This document shows positions 25,645 to 37,882 of a stretch of DNA of 64,000 bases, piece after piece (the first letter of the stretch is position 1; the number at the start of each line of letters is the position of its first letter). Source of the stretch: Felis catus (Eukaryota); the NCBI RefSeq assembly GCF_018350175.1, contig NC_058368.1, positions 169,262,001-169,326,000 on the forward strand, written 5' to 3'. Both the position numbers and the translations under genes were made by a program. The notes under the pieces are model-generated. The model saw nothing but the letters and a program-made list of their open reading frames with translations. It made no database searches and had not been told where the DNA came from.

Positions 25645-26459
25645 TTCCAGTGTCTTTGACGGAGATAATTGGCCATTAACATAGTCTATGTATAGGTCAT
25701 CTAACTTCATCTCTTTCATGACCTGGAAAGGTAGAAGTCAAGCTTCTGTTTGTCCTGCCTTGGTGCAAACACCATGAATAGTTTTAAAACCGATTTCTGA
25801 ACAGCACTCTCTTAGCTGAAGGAAGTTTTTCTTGAGAGCCACTTTTAGAATCCTATTTTGCTATTTTTTCAAAAGACAATTAAAAACAACAAAAAGGAAT
25901 GCTTGTTTTTCTCAGAGGCTTTTTCATTGAGGTTTACTTTATTCATCTACTTTTACATATTTGCTTCAATTTTGTCTCATTATGTAAAACAACACTAACC
26001 AGCATGCACTTCTGTCATCATGTGAGTGTTCTCTTCTTTTGGGATTCCTCTTAATGGGTATCACCTTTGGATAATCTGAAAAAACAACCACCAACTTGAA
26101 GAGGCCACCAGAGGGAATCCCACATTATCTTCCATTTGACTTCTATAATAGTTGTTCTCTATGCTCACAAGTGAGTATATATCTGTATTCCAAAGCCTAT
26201 TGGCAATGTACACAATCAGTGTTATTACTTTACAGTCATATTATTTTAGCTCAAACAGCATCACCCAGTTTGATCACTGACCTTATTTACCAAGAACTAA
26301 TACAAAATTACTTTTTATTGATGTTTTGGGGAATACAAAAGGTTAATTTTTAGAAAGTGATCTCCAAGTTCAAAGTTTATAATCTATGAGTCAAAGTAGG
26401 ATATCTACCAAGGAATTTAAGTGTTTCCAAAAATCAAGTTTTGTCAATTTTGAGTGTAT

Positions 26460-27010
26460 TCAAAAGTATGAAATGTGGGATGCTGATGAATGAGTCTGTT
26501 GGAGAGTAATTGGTAGTAATAAGAGTTTTAAAAAATATACATTCTCCCTTTTCCAGAAATTCTACCTCTAGAAATTAAAATAACTTCTAGAAATTGAAAT
26601 TCTACTTCCATTGAAATAAATATATGTGTACAAAATTTATATAAGTTATTCATTACAATGTTATTTTTAAAAACAAATCATGGAAAACATTAAGCTACAC
26701 CTGGTAATGAATTATTATACATCTGTTGAACACTATGAACCTATTAAAAATGATAGTGACAATTACATTTAATGATAAGGGGAGATATTTATAACATATT
26801 AACTGAAAAAAATCAGGTCACAAAATGTACAGTATATTTTCCAAATTTATACATACATGCATATGTAGGTAAATAAGAAAAATAACTGTAATATATACCC
26901 ACACTCTTTTATGATTATTTCTGTGTGGTAAGATTAACATTGATTCTGTAAATGTTTCATATTTTTCAAAGTTTTCAATAAAAAGCATGTATTATTTTGT
27001 ATTTAAAAAA
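26460..27010 (+). mobile_element. Old L1ME-type 3' fragment
   Basis: ggagagtaattggtagta...cagaaattctacctctagaaatt...ctatgaacctattaaaaatgat...aaagcatgtattattttgtattt. Confidence 0.65.
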
Positions 27011-27609
27011 CAGGCATACATTTTTAAGTGATTTGAATTTTGAGGGTGATTACAATGAAGGAATTTCAAAAACATCTTGTTCATGTGTGGGTTCTTATGT
27101 AAAAGCTTCATGCGCTGATCACTCAGGACTACCTCTACGTCTTGTCAGTTTCCAAACACATTCTACAAAAATATATTTTACGTATTTGTTTAAATATGGG
27201 GAACATTTTCCCAAAGAAAATAGCAATCCAGATAATCGATAAAGAAGCCTCTAGGTGCTTACTCTCTACAAAGCTCTCTGCTACACCCTGTGAAGCATAC
27301 AAAATGAGAAACAGCTAGGCTAACGGGGCATGCAGATTAGCTGACTTGTCCAAGGTCACCCATCTATGTTCAGGCAAAGCCAGAAATTAACAAACAAGAC
27401 ACAGCTGGAGGCCAAGGATCCTTAAGTGCCATCAATGACTCCTGCACTAAGCCATGTATGTGCCTCTGCTCTGCTCACCACGTGGGCAGTGACTTCTCTC
27501 TTCCCACATGTTATCAATACTGGAGACACTTGGAGATCTAACGTTAAACCATCACCAGCCCAGATCTCTTTCCCTTGTATTCACTGATCCTGAGGCGGGT
27601 CACTGCCTC

Positions 27610-28900
27610 TACCACGTCTCCACCCTCATTTTCCTTTCAGTTTTTATTCATAGTTAAGGTCGATCATATACAGTATCTGACGACTCTCCTAGTTTATAAG
27701 GTTTGCTATGGAACACTGCATAACTGCACCCCTTCTTCAACTTTTGTCCTCCCCAGAATTAATCACTTTCATCTCTTTCACCTGATTATGTTGTCATTTG
27801 GCTTCCTGACTCTAGTAGCATTCTTCATTGCTCCTTTTCAAATTTTCCATTTCTGGCATTGTTAACTGACTTCCTATTATAGAAGATGAGACCATGTATC
27901 TGTCTTGCCTCTTCTTCCTCCCTTCTCTCTCCACATACGCATGGTCTTCTCATTTCCTTCTCCTCCAGTACAGTTATATTGTAGTTTTGGTTAAATTAAT
28001 ATTTACATGTTAATACATTGTTATGACTACAAAAATTCTGTTTCTAGATGAGACATAGTTTACACTATGAGCACTATTCTTTTCCTGCACAGCATTTTGT
28101 TTTCCCTAGGGTTACAATTGTTTTCATTTGCTTCGTTTTCTATGTGTGTAATCACTACTCAACCTCTTTCCTACCATTATCTAAATCTCTCAGGAGTCTT
28201 CCTGAAAGCTCCTCTCTTTTCATTTTTAACTATAATATTTTTCATTTGTAAAAGCTCTGTTTTGTAATCTGACTGAACTGAATCTGTATTATAGCATCCT
28301 GTTCTTGCTTTTGGCTTCACGATCTCTCATTTCTGTAATATTAATGCTGTTTTGTTTTTATTTTTAGGTTTCCTTTTTCCTGCACAGTCTCCATTATCTC
28401 CAAGTTGCTTTAAATCTGTTTGTTTTGGTTTCTAGCTTTCAAATTATATGCTAGTTTCCACTGTCTGGTAACCCCTGGTTGTCTTCTCATATTTTATAAT
28501 ATTTTTATATAATTATATACGCAGATGTATTATTGTCTTCTCACATGGGCATACATTGTCTTTTCATAGTTTCTAGTACTGAGTGCATTAATGTGTCTTT
28601 TAGATTATGAATGTCATTGGAGGGTAATCGGGTTGGGTTATCTACTGACTTCTGATGGCAGCATCTTTAGAACTTCCTCTTGAGTTGATATGGTTTACAA
28701 GACCTTTAATCTCTTCTCTGGATGGTGAAGGCCTGGCTACCAGCATATGGGAAGCAGAGTGGTGGAAAATGGCTAAATTTACTTAATTCTCCAATTTTCG
28801 ATATAGTACTCATACCCTCAACTTTTTATTTTTGTTCCCAGACCAAAGATCCTCTGCCTGACACAATTCAGAAAATAAATCTCCAGTCCTCAATAAACAT
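27610..28900 (-). mobile_element. Old LINE (HAL1/L1M-like) fragments
   Basis: T/pyrimidine-rich degenerate antisense LINE-like sequence; family uncertain. Confidence 0.45.
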
Positions 28901-30239
28901 AACTGATGTCCATTCAGAAATCTTATATAAGAACAGAATTTGCCCAAGCATGTCTGACTATAGTCTTGCTACATTTTGGGCAAAAGGATGCTTAAAAATT
29001 TCTAAGGGAAAATAATAGATTAATAAAAATGACAAAAATATGAAGCATCAAACATACATATCTATCATAATGGTTTGTATTCCAAATATATATTGTGTTA
29101 GTAGCAAACTTCAAATTAGATGGAAATGATGATGGGTATTGAAGCCCTTGTTTTCTTAGTATTCAATCCTGAGCATTCTATCCTTTTATGAGAAGGTGGC
29201 CCAGAGTAACTTGTCTCCCATGAGCAGAATGACTCCATATAAATCACATTCAATCATCTATATTGCAATGTGCTCCTGCCCCAATCACTTAGGGTAAGTT
29301 GGAATGCCTTTTCAAACTACCTCTCTGAGATCAAGGTGAATATTAAGGTAAAAATAAATATTTGCTGTCGAAACTAAAGTAAAATTCAATCCCTGGCATT
29401 TATCTATAGTAGTAGTGCCCCTAAAGCTCTTGGCTCAACAGAATATTTTTTTCCCTAGGGTCCTATTTATAAAGACATCAAAGGGTTGAGGGAAAAAAAT
29501 ATTTCTCTTCAACCATCAACTACAGTGATGAGACTTCTTTCCTGTTTTGAGATCTTAACTTTTATTTGGGTTTAAGTATTGCTTTCTTTCTGATGACATC
29601 TGACATTTGAATAGGTCGTGTTAATAAAATATTCCATTTGACTAAGTGGGAATGATTAATTTCATCAATCAGGCTTTCTAACATTTTTCCCTGTAAATTA
29701 AGTTTAGAACTTTGAAAAATATGAAACAATCAAGTTACTGTTATTTGAAATAGATACCGTGTGTCATGCTGTAGTTTGGTTTATAATTGGAACATATAAC
29801 CATACTCATTACTGTGAATTATAGGAGTTTCCTGGCTGGCCTTCATTAACCATCTGGTTTTAAACATTGATTTGTGGTTACGTATGTTATTTTTAGGGAA
29901 GAGCACCTGAACATCTACTGCAAACATTTGTTTCATCTTGTTCTACATATTTTTAAAGGGCATGGTTCTCGCTGTTGTTAAAATCTCATAGATTCTATTG
30001 TATCCTCATCTTTGACTTATAATCATGCATTATTTATCCAAAGAAAATGCCAGTCATGTCACCAAGGCTTGGCCCTTTAAGATTCTTTTCCTCAAGAAAT
30101 TTGATAGAAAGTGTGATAGGAAAGGAGAGTGGATGGAAGACAAACCTAATCCTATAGGTTTCCATTCCAATGTAGTGAAAAGCTTTACACAGTTTTAGGA
30201 CTTGGATATTGGAGTGCTTTAAATTAGAGGATACCAAAA

Positions 30240-31250
30240 TCATTCATTCAATAATTTAGTCAGCAAATAGTCACTGAGAACCTTTCAGGAAATAGGTGCT
30301 GAGAATGCTGGAGATACAACAGTACCAACAAACACAGGAAAGGACAAATAATCTATAGATAAAAGTATGAAGGAGACAAATTAGATTCTGTCCTAGAAAA
30401 GAATCAGGGGAGGAAGGCTATTTTCGATTTGGTAAGGAAAAGCCTCCTTGAAAATATGAGAGCACAGACCATGTGAACAACCAAAAGAATAAACTTCCTG
30501 GTATAAGAGGCAGTGAATTGCAAGGACCTCAGCCTGTAAAAAGCTTGATGTGGTGTGAGACAGGAAAGGGGCCTTTGTGCTGAGAGCACAGTTAGTGCCA
30601 GCAGGTAGCGGTAAGAGATGAGGCTGGAAGTGCTGGCAGGAATCGGATCCTATAGGACCATGGTTAGGAGTCTGGATTTAATTTTCATTGTGACTTACAT
30701 TTAAAAAATATTATTATGACCCTGATGTAGAAAAATAACTCTAGGGAGGAGAGCGTTAAAAGATAGAAACCACTTAGAAGGCAACTTATAAGAGGCAGAG
30801 TGACAGATAATGATAACCTAGACTAGGGTAATGACATGGAGATGGAAAGGGATAGACAGGTGTGTGGTTTTGGAGGTGGGTCAAGATGGCATACTGATGG
30901 ATGTCACTGGATGTGAACAGCCAGGCAAGGATGGGAAGCAAGGGTGGCTGCTAGGATTTAGGATTGAATAAGTGAACGGATTAAACAAATGCCGTTTACC
31001 AAGATGGCAAATTTTGGTAGAGGAAAAGATGGGTGCACCAGGAATTCATCTTTTGACAAGATAAATTTTGAGGTATATATTAGACACAAAGATGTAAGCA
31101 GCAGACAGGAAGTGGCATATGCATTTTGAGGGGTATAGATGGGTCAAGATTAATGAAGTTTGCCCAGGGCAAGAGCACAGACCAAGAGAAGGCCCAGAAT
31201 AAGTATTGCACTGGTGACCTTCCAGGAAGGAAAAAGAAATCACAATAATT
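30240..31250 (-). mobile_element. L2 LINE
   Basis: cattcattcaa terminus; tgcaaggacctcag, gagatgaggctgga, ggagtctggatttaatt, gtggttttggagg, gatttaggattgaataag, aattttgaggt are antisense L2 motifs. Confidence 0.85.
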
Positions 31251-31254
31251 AGAA

Positions 31255-31826
31255 TTAAATTGAACAATGCAGGGGTTAGGGGTGCCAATCCCTGTGTAGT
31301 CAAAAATCCACATAAAACTTTTGACTCCCCATAAGCTTAACTACAAATAGCCTACTGTTGAATGAAGCCTTATCGATAGCAATCAATTAATACATATTTT
31401 ATATGTTATCTGTATTATATGCTATATTCTCACAGTGAAGTAAGCTAGAGAACAGAAAATATTTATTTTTCATTAAAAAAGTTTTTTTTTAAACAATTTA
31501 CTCATTTTTGAGAGACAGAGACAGAGTGTAAGTGGGGGAGGGGCAGAGAGAGAAGGAGACACAGAATCAGAAGCAGGCTCCAGGCTCTGAGCGGTCAGCC
31601 CAGAGCCCGACACAGGGGCTTGAATTCACAGACTGCAAGATCATGACCCAAGCTGAAGTTGGATGCTTAACCGACTGAGCCACCCAGGCACCCCCAAAAC
31701 AGAAAATATTATCAAGAAAATGATAAGGAACAATACATTTACAGTAATGTACTGTACTTAAGGAAAAAAATCTGCTTGTAAGTGTATTTTGTGCAGTTCA
31801 AACCCATGGTATTTGAAGTTCAACTG
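31255..31826 (-). mobile_element. Tigger2a-like DNA transposon, interrupted by a SINE
   Basis: ttgaacaatgcaggggttaggggtgcc...aaaatccacataaaacttttgactcccc...cagttcaaacccatg...caactg followed by TA. Confidence 0.88.
31464..31695 (-). mobile_element. Can-SINE (SINEC_Fc type) nested in the Tigger
   Basis: Antisense body; 13-bp TSD aacagaaaatatt at 31451 and 31698. Confidence 0.96.
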
Positions 31827-31849
31827 TATAGGGAACTGGTTATGTGGAA

Positions 31850-32420
31850 GTTGGAAGGCTGAAGGAGCAAAAGGAAGATGCTGAGGTGCCTAGAAGCTAA
31901 TGTCAGTAGGAAGCAGCTACTACTCTCAAACTTGGAGAACTTAAGGAAGAGGCCATTAACCAGAGCTAGGAGGAAGGGCTCTACAGATCTAGTGGCTAGG
32001 CCTCTGGAATAAACCTCCATGCAGCTGGTGTTTGAACCCTAGAGGAGGGGCACACACAGCCCATTGGGTTCTCCCAGGGCACAGGAGGAGTAGCACAGTT
32101 GGTAAGGAAATGCTATGTGCCCCCTACGAGGATTGCCAAGGGTCTCAACTTGGCTGTTACCAGGCAGCTTGGTGAGAAAGGAACTCTGAATGCTGGAGGA
32201 AGGTAGCTAAGTATTATTGTGGGTTATTACTGAAGATTGCTCACAGAAAGTAGAAAGAGAAAATAAACCTCTCCACATCTCCTTGTTGCCTCCGATATTC
32301 CTCTGGTGATTCCCATTGGTAGAACCTGACAGGAAGCCAGTTGTCAAGGAAGTCTTGGAGATTCAGATTGAGCAAGTCCAATTCACCAGGAGAGAAGGTA
32401 AGCCTGGAGCTGAGAAAGGG
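31850..32420. mobile_element. Possible ancient LTR remnant
   Basis: ttcccattggtagaacctgacaggaagccag...caaggaagtcttggaga...ggagctgaga resembles old MLT1/LTR termini; family not resolved. Confidence 0.35.
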
Positions 32421-32719
32421 CTTCTGAATATTCCTTGATTTTCAATGTGAGGTGACAACTCTGCTTTCACAGCAGGTATGCAGTTCTTGAATGAATATAA
32501 AGTGAAGACTATTAAGGAGGCATTATTACGATGGTCCTACGAGGGCAAAGTAACTTCTCCTAGCCTATTAGCAGACTTAGGTCAGGCATGCTGTCTCACC
32601 TGGTTTTTCTCTCATGCTGAAACCAGAGCATGGGTTTCCTTCCTGATCCTCCCCTGGAAGAAGCAGACTAACATTTTCTTGGTACTTCCCAGAAATATTT
32701 TTTGCATATATGGAATCCC

Positions 32720-33600
32720 CTTTATTCACCCATTTATTCAACATTTATTAATAACCTACTCTCTTCAGCTGGGTGGCTCAGTCAGTTAAGTGACTCTTGA
32801 TTTCAGCTGAAGTCACGATCTCAGGTTCGTAAGATTGAGCCCCATGTCTGGCTCCGCGCTGACACTGCAGAGCCTGCTTGGGATTCTGTCTCCCTCTCTC
32901 TCTCTGCCCCTTCCCCACTTGTGCTTTTTTTTCTCTCTCTCTCTCCCAAAATAAATAAATAAACTTAAAAAAAAATTATCTCTCTCCCCCTCTCTCTGCC
33001 CTTCCCCTGCTTGCTTGTGCCTGTGCACGTGTGTGCTGTCTCTCACAAAACAAAAAAAACAAAAAACAAAAACAAAAACCAAAAAACCCTACTCTCTGTA
33101 TTGGGCACAGTTCTGAATATTGGAGTCATAGAGATGAACATGACAAAACTCCTGTCCTTTTGGACCTTAAATCCTAATAAGTTGCAGTGTGTGCAAGAGG
33201 TTGGTAATAACCCTATAAAACAATTTTTAAAATGAGATGTTTTTAAGTAGTGTTATGTTCTATGAAGAAAATCAAACCGGGTGACTCAATACAAGTGATG
33301 GCATTGGGGCACTGTAGCTATTTATAGACCCTATTTCACAAACATATTAGTAATATCACACAGTTTCTAGCAAAATACGCTAACTCCTTCAATAAGATAT
33401 GGTTACTAGTAGGTAGAAGTTCTCTCTATAGAGGAGGAATTTGCACTAAAACCTAAAAGATGAGCAGATGCCAACTATGTGAAAATCTTGATAGTCCAGA
33501 TAGAAGAGCTAGCAAGTACAAAGGCCCTGAGGCTGAACTGAGTTTGGCTTATCTGAAAGAAAGGCCTGTCTCTCTTATCTGGGGGAAAGGGTGGAGGACA
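32720..33600 (-). mobile_element. L2 3' fragment interrupted by a SINE
   Basis: catttattcaacatttattaataacctact...gggcacagttct...agagatgaacatgacaaa...gcaagtacaaaggccctgagg. Confidence 0.75.
32765..33087 (+). mobile_element. Can-SINE with duplicated 3' half
   Basis: Head ctgggtggctcagtcagttaag, then two CT-tract plus A-tail modules; TSD cctactctct at 32755 and 33088. Confidence 0.9.
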
Positions 33601-33619
33601 GTGAATGAAGAAGAGGAGC

Positions 33620-34190
33620 AGAATATCTGCCCTTTCCTGTATCTACCTTATTTCACTTGGCAAAATATCCTGAAAATCAGTCCAGATCAGAACCTCCCTC
33701 TCCTTAAAGATTGCATGATATCCTATTGTACAGGCATAAATTTATTTTAGCACTTTGTTGTCAGATGTTTAGATTGTCCACATTCTTTTGTTTTTACAAA
33801 TAGTATTTGTGCTATAATAAATATCATTGTACATATGGTTTTGTACATTAGGGTGACTGTATCTGTAAGAGTCCTAGAGATGTGTGTGTATTACAAGTTT
33901 TGCTCTGTTCATTTCACATTTTGGTAGATATATCCAAACAGACTTCCAAAAATTTTATCAGTTTCCATTTCCACCAACATGGCCTTCACCCCCATCTATC
34001 CACTGAAGCATAAAATTTTTGGGTCTTACTAAATCTGTCACGTGAAAATGGTATCTCACCGTAGTCGTACTTTGCCTTATTTTTCTTTATTAGAGAGATT
34101 TAGTTTATTTTCATGTGTTTAAAAGCCATTTGCTTTTTGTGTATATGTGAATTCTCAGCTCATGTTTTTATCCCATTCCCATTGGATTAC
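33620..34190 (-). mobile_element. Old L1ME fragment
   Basis: ataaatatcattgtacata, ttccatttccaccaaca, gtgaaaatggtatctc, ttttcatgtgtttaaaagccatttg. Confidence 0.75.
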
Positions 34191-35711
34191 TAAGTTTATT
34201 TCTGTAATGACTTCATTACTGGGTGTCCCCTCCAGACAACCCATAGGGTTAGTGATTATGCCCATGAATGGGAAGGAGCAATGAAGATCCTGATCTTTCC
34301 CCAACCCCCACCCCCAGTACACTGTTGCCTTTGCTACCAGTCTAGAAATTATTGTGGTGACTTTGGATTCTTCCCTGTACTCTGGCCTAGGAAGTGTAAA
34401 CAGAATATTCCCAGTGGAGGGGTGGGGGTGAGAACCAAGATTCTTCTATCTCTTTTCATCAACCACCTTCAGTTTCTAAAATTTTGGCACAGAGCTGAGA
34501 AACATCCCTCACCTACAAGGTATTCTGAGAAAATCCAAATGTGATCACAGAGACTTCTTCCCACTTCCATATATTTCTCTTCCCTGACACAAATTGCAGA
34601 GGTTCTTGGTGGTAATTTGCCTCATGCTTGTACTTGTGGCTGAATGAACATGTGAAAGTGTTTCTATCATGCATTCTGTGTAGTTATAGCCATGAGGAAT
34701 AGAATACAAATATGTTAATCAGAAAAACCAAGAAGAGTATAATATAGTACCTGTCTCAAAATCCTTTGGCATCAGTACCCTCTCTCCATAATATTTACTC
34801 CCCTATTCAAACACCCATATGCAGTTTTGTATAGATATTGGAATTTTTCTATGGTCACCAAGATTTAGCAATAGTAATCAGAGAGATATTTTTCTCACCA
34901 GAAATGGTTAAACAAACCATAATTCTGGAGATCAGATAATCACACACATGGAATATTTTTCCATGGTGGAGACCATCCCCGCCCTCCCAATTGATGTCAT
35001 TGTAAATAAGCAGGTAGTCTCAGGTTTACCTAAATCCATTCCCATTTTCCTCAACTACAGATCACGTGAACTCGTGCAGAGAATCTGAATGGGGTGAAAA
35101 TAACCTTTATAAAAAGGTAAAAAGTCATCTCCAGGGATTTCAAAGGCTTCCTTCAGAAAGACTTTAATTTGAGAGCCTCTGGAACAAGATAATCATGCTC
35201 CAAAATTTAGAAAAATTACTAAGTGTTAATTATAATATAATTTACTTTTGTAAGTTCTCCATTTTACTTCTTGTCTGTGTCTTACCTTTAATTAATGTTT
35301 CTCTTTAAGTTAAGAGAGCAGTAATTTTCTTGACTGTTTCTTCACTAAGAGAATTGCTATTCTTTCCACATCTTGATCTTCAGCTTCTTTTCTACTAAGA
35401 GCAATCTAAGAAAAGGTATGCAGAGTCAAATACAGGGATTCTACATTCTGAAATATTGTTAGAATATTGTCAATCTCAGAACTTCCCTGAGCCAGTGCTG
35501 AACAGTCTTTTCTATTTCCCTCTACGGCTATCATTAATTCATTCATCTGTTTGATCATTGGTTCATTTATATATCTATTCATCCAATAAAGTTGTTGGGC
35601 ACACTTTGACTTTCTATTAAGGCATTTCATTTATAGGAGAGACATGGGAATGAATGAGTATAATATAAGTACTTTATTCTATTCCAACATCAAACCAGCC
35701 CTGTAAGTTAG

Positions 35712-36129
35712 TGCTACAGTCTGAATGTATGTGTCTCTCCTCCCCCACCACAAATTCATATATTGAAATCCTATCCCCCCAAGGATGATAGAGTTAGGAT
35801 GTCAGGCCTTTGGGAAGTAGTTAGTTCGTAAGGGTGAAGCCTCATGAATAGAGTTCATGCCTTTTAAAAGAGGCTCCAGAGATCTTATCTCTTTATTCCA
35901 TGGGAAGACACAATGAGAAGTCTGTGACATGGAAGGGGGACCTCATCTGACCATATTGGCACTATGATCTTGACTTTCAGCCTCCAGAAATGTGGTAAGT
36001 TTCAGTTGTTCAAAGGTCAACTGTATATTGATTTATCTGAGTTTATCTGTTTGCTTATAGGCCTATTTGCTTATAGGCCACCTGGTCTGTGGTATTTTGC
36101 TGTCGCTCAGTACTGAATGGACTAAGACA
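35712..36129 (+). mobile_element. MaLR solo LTR, MLT1A0-like, carrying a templated insertion
   Basis: tgctacagtctgaatgt...aaattcatatattgaaatccta...ggcctttgggaag...gcctcatgaat...cagcctccagaa...tggtattttg...gactaagaca. Confidence 0.9.
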
Positions 36130-36939
36130 ATTAAGTAGGACATATGTTGTTATTGTCATGGTAGGTAAAGACATGGAGGGTTACATGAGGATTAAGTAAA
36201 TTGTCCAGGGCGCTACAAATAGTAAGTGTAGGACCAAAACATTAATCTAATTTTATAATTTCAAATTTACATTTTTCTCATTGCCTTGCTACATAGTGCA
36301 AATGTCCTACCTACAGAAACTTCTGGAGTCAGCATTGCTGATATGACCACCTTACTGACCCTTGCCATTTATGTCATGAATCATAAAATATGTTTACAAA
36401 TTCATTAAATAGGCTAATATTATATTCCCTCTATCTGTTAATAACAGAAAAACAAACTTATACTATACCCCAAGTTTTCTATAGCTATGCTTCAGCAATA
36501 GCAACTTTAAAATCCAATTAAGTCCCATGCACAGAGAAATCAGACTCATCCCTCAAAGCAAACTAACACACATCTTCCCAATGATGTTATCTCCAGCACA
36601 TATTTTCCTTTCTTGCAACAACCCAAATTATCATGGTGTTCCCTGCAGAGCCAAATTTTAATATACAGCAAGCCAAGTTTGATAAGCTTAAGAAAGAGAT
36701 AAAGCTAGGTGTGTATTGCTAGCATAACAATATAAGCTGACTGACTACTCAGAAATGACTTACCCAAAGGCAGAATTCAAACATGGTAGAGAGGCCGGGT
36801 CTGCACTAGAGGAAACACACATAGGTACAGTAATTGTAAACAAATAACATTAGGATTGGGTAGGACTTCACCCTTGAACTTGTGACCTCTGGAGTGGTAT
36901 ATGATCTAAAATAGAACTGAACAGAAAGAAGCTTCACAT

Positions 36940-37310
36940 CCTGGATGTCATTGGTCACACTACCCCAGCTAAATCACTGAGACTCAAATTTGGGACTTTT
37001 GTTGGGACCATGGTGGGGGGGAGGGGACTCTTTTTATTCCTTTCATCTCTCCCTTCTTGTAAGGTCCACAGCACTGAAAGGGTCTGAGAGTTAAGCCAAT
37101 ACAGAGAAAATCTGAGTAGAGAAACAGAAGAAAACTGAATCCTAGTATTATGTCGAACCCTGGACCTGGCCATGCCTGAAGTGAGAGTTACATACAACTT
37201 AGATAATTAGGCCAATAAATTCCTTTTTGTTGTTCTTTCTCTTGTTTTATTTCTTTTTACACCACTTTGATGTGTGTTTCTGTCACTTGCTATTAAGAGT
37301 TCTAATTCAG
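36940..37310 (+). mobile_element. ERVL LTR16/LTR33-like fragment
   Basis: gaaccctggacctggccatgcctgaag...ccaataaattccttttt...tttctgtcacttgc. Confidence 0.6.
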
Positions 37311-37882
37311 GAAAAAAACAATCAACTTTTTTTCCCCCAGTGACTTTGTATCTCTTTGTCTGAAAAATAATAATTAGGGACAATGACCATTTAGCCCCAT
37401 AAATCCTTAGGTGTGCAGTCCACAAGATTCAGCCTTGCCCCTTTTCTTGATGTTTAGTGAACAACTGAAATATGTTTTGGGGAACACATAGCCTACAGTG
37501 ATATAAAATTTTATTTCTTAATGAAAAGTAAATTCTATTATGAAATCCTGAGACCAGAAACAGTTATATGCTTGCAAAGTTAATGGCATTTTCAGTTGCT
37601 GTAATAAAGTGCAATCTTTTATTTTAAAGATCACAGACATTTAAAATGATCCAATAAACATGGTACACTGATTTCATCACAACACTCTAGTCTCTTACTC
37701 ATAACCTCTTTATAATCCTGCTAGTTTCCCTTGAAAACACACTTTAGGTTTTAGGGAGATTCCATGAGAAGGTAGTTCTACATGGTTTACTTACTATTCA
37801 GAACTGAAAAGGGAAGAATGGTCCCTAAAAGTAAAGGTCTGAAATCCCCAGGATAGAAGCATTTTTTAAATGGTGTTTCTTT

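Noticed and set aside
24168..25719. ORFs with ERERER or LSLSLS runs (also 6132, 13639, 32813, 40089, 41850, 45030, 58860)
   Set aside because: Translations of Can-SINE bodies and microsatellites, not genes.
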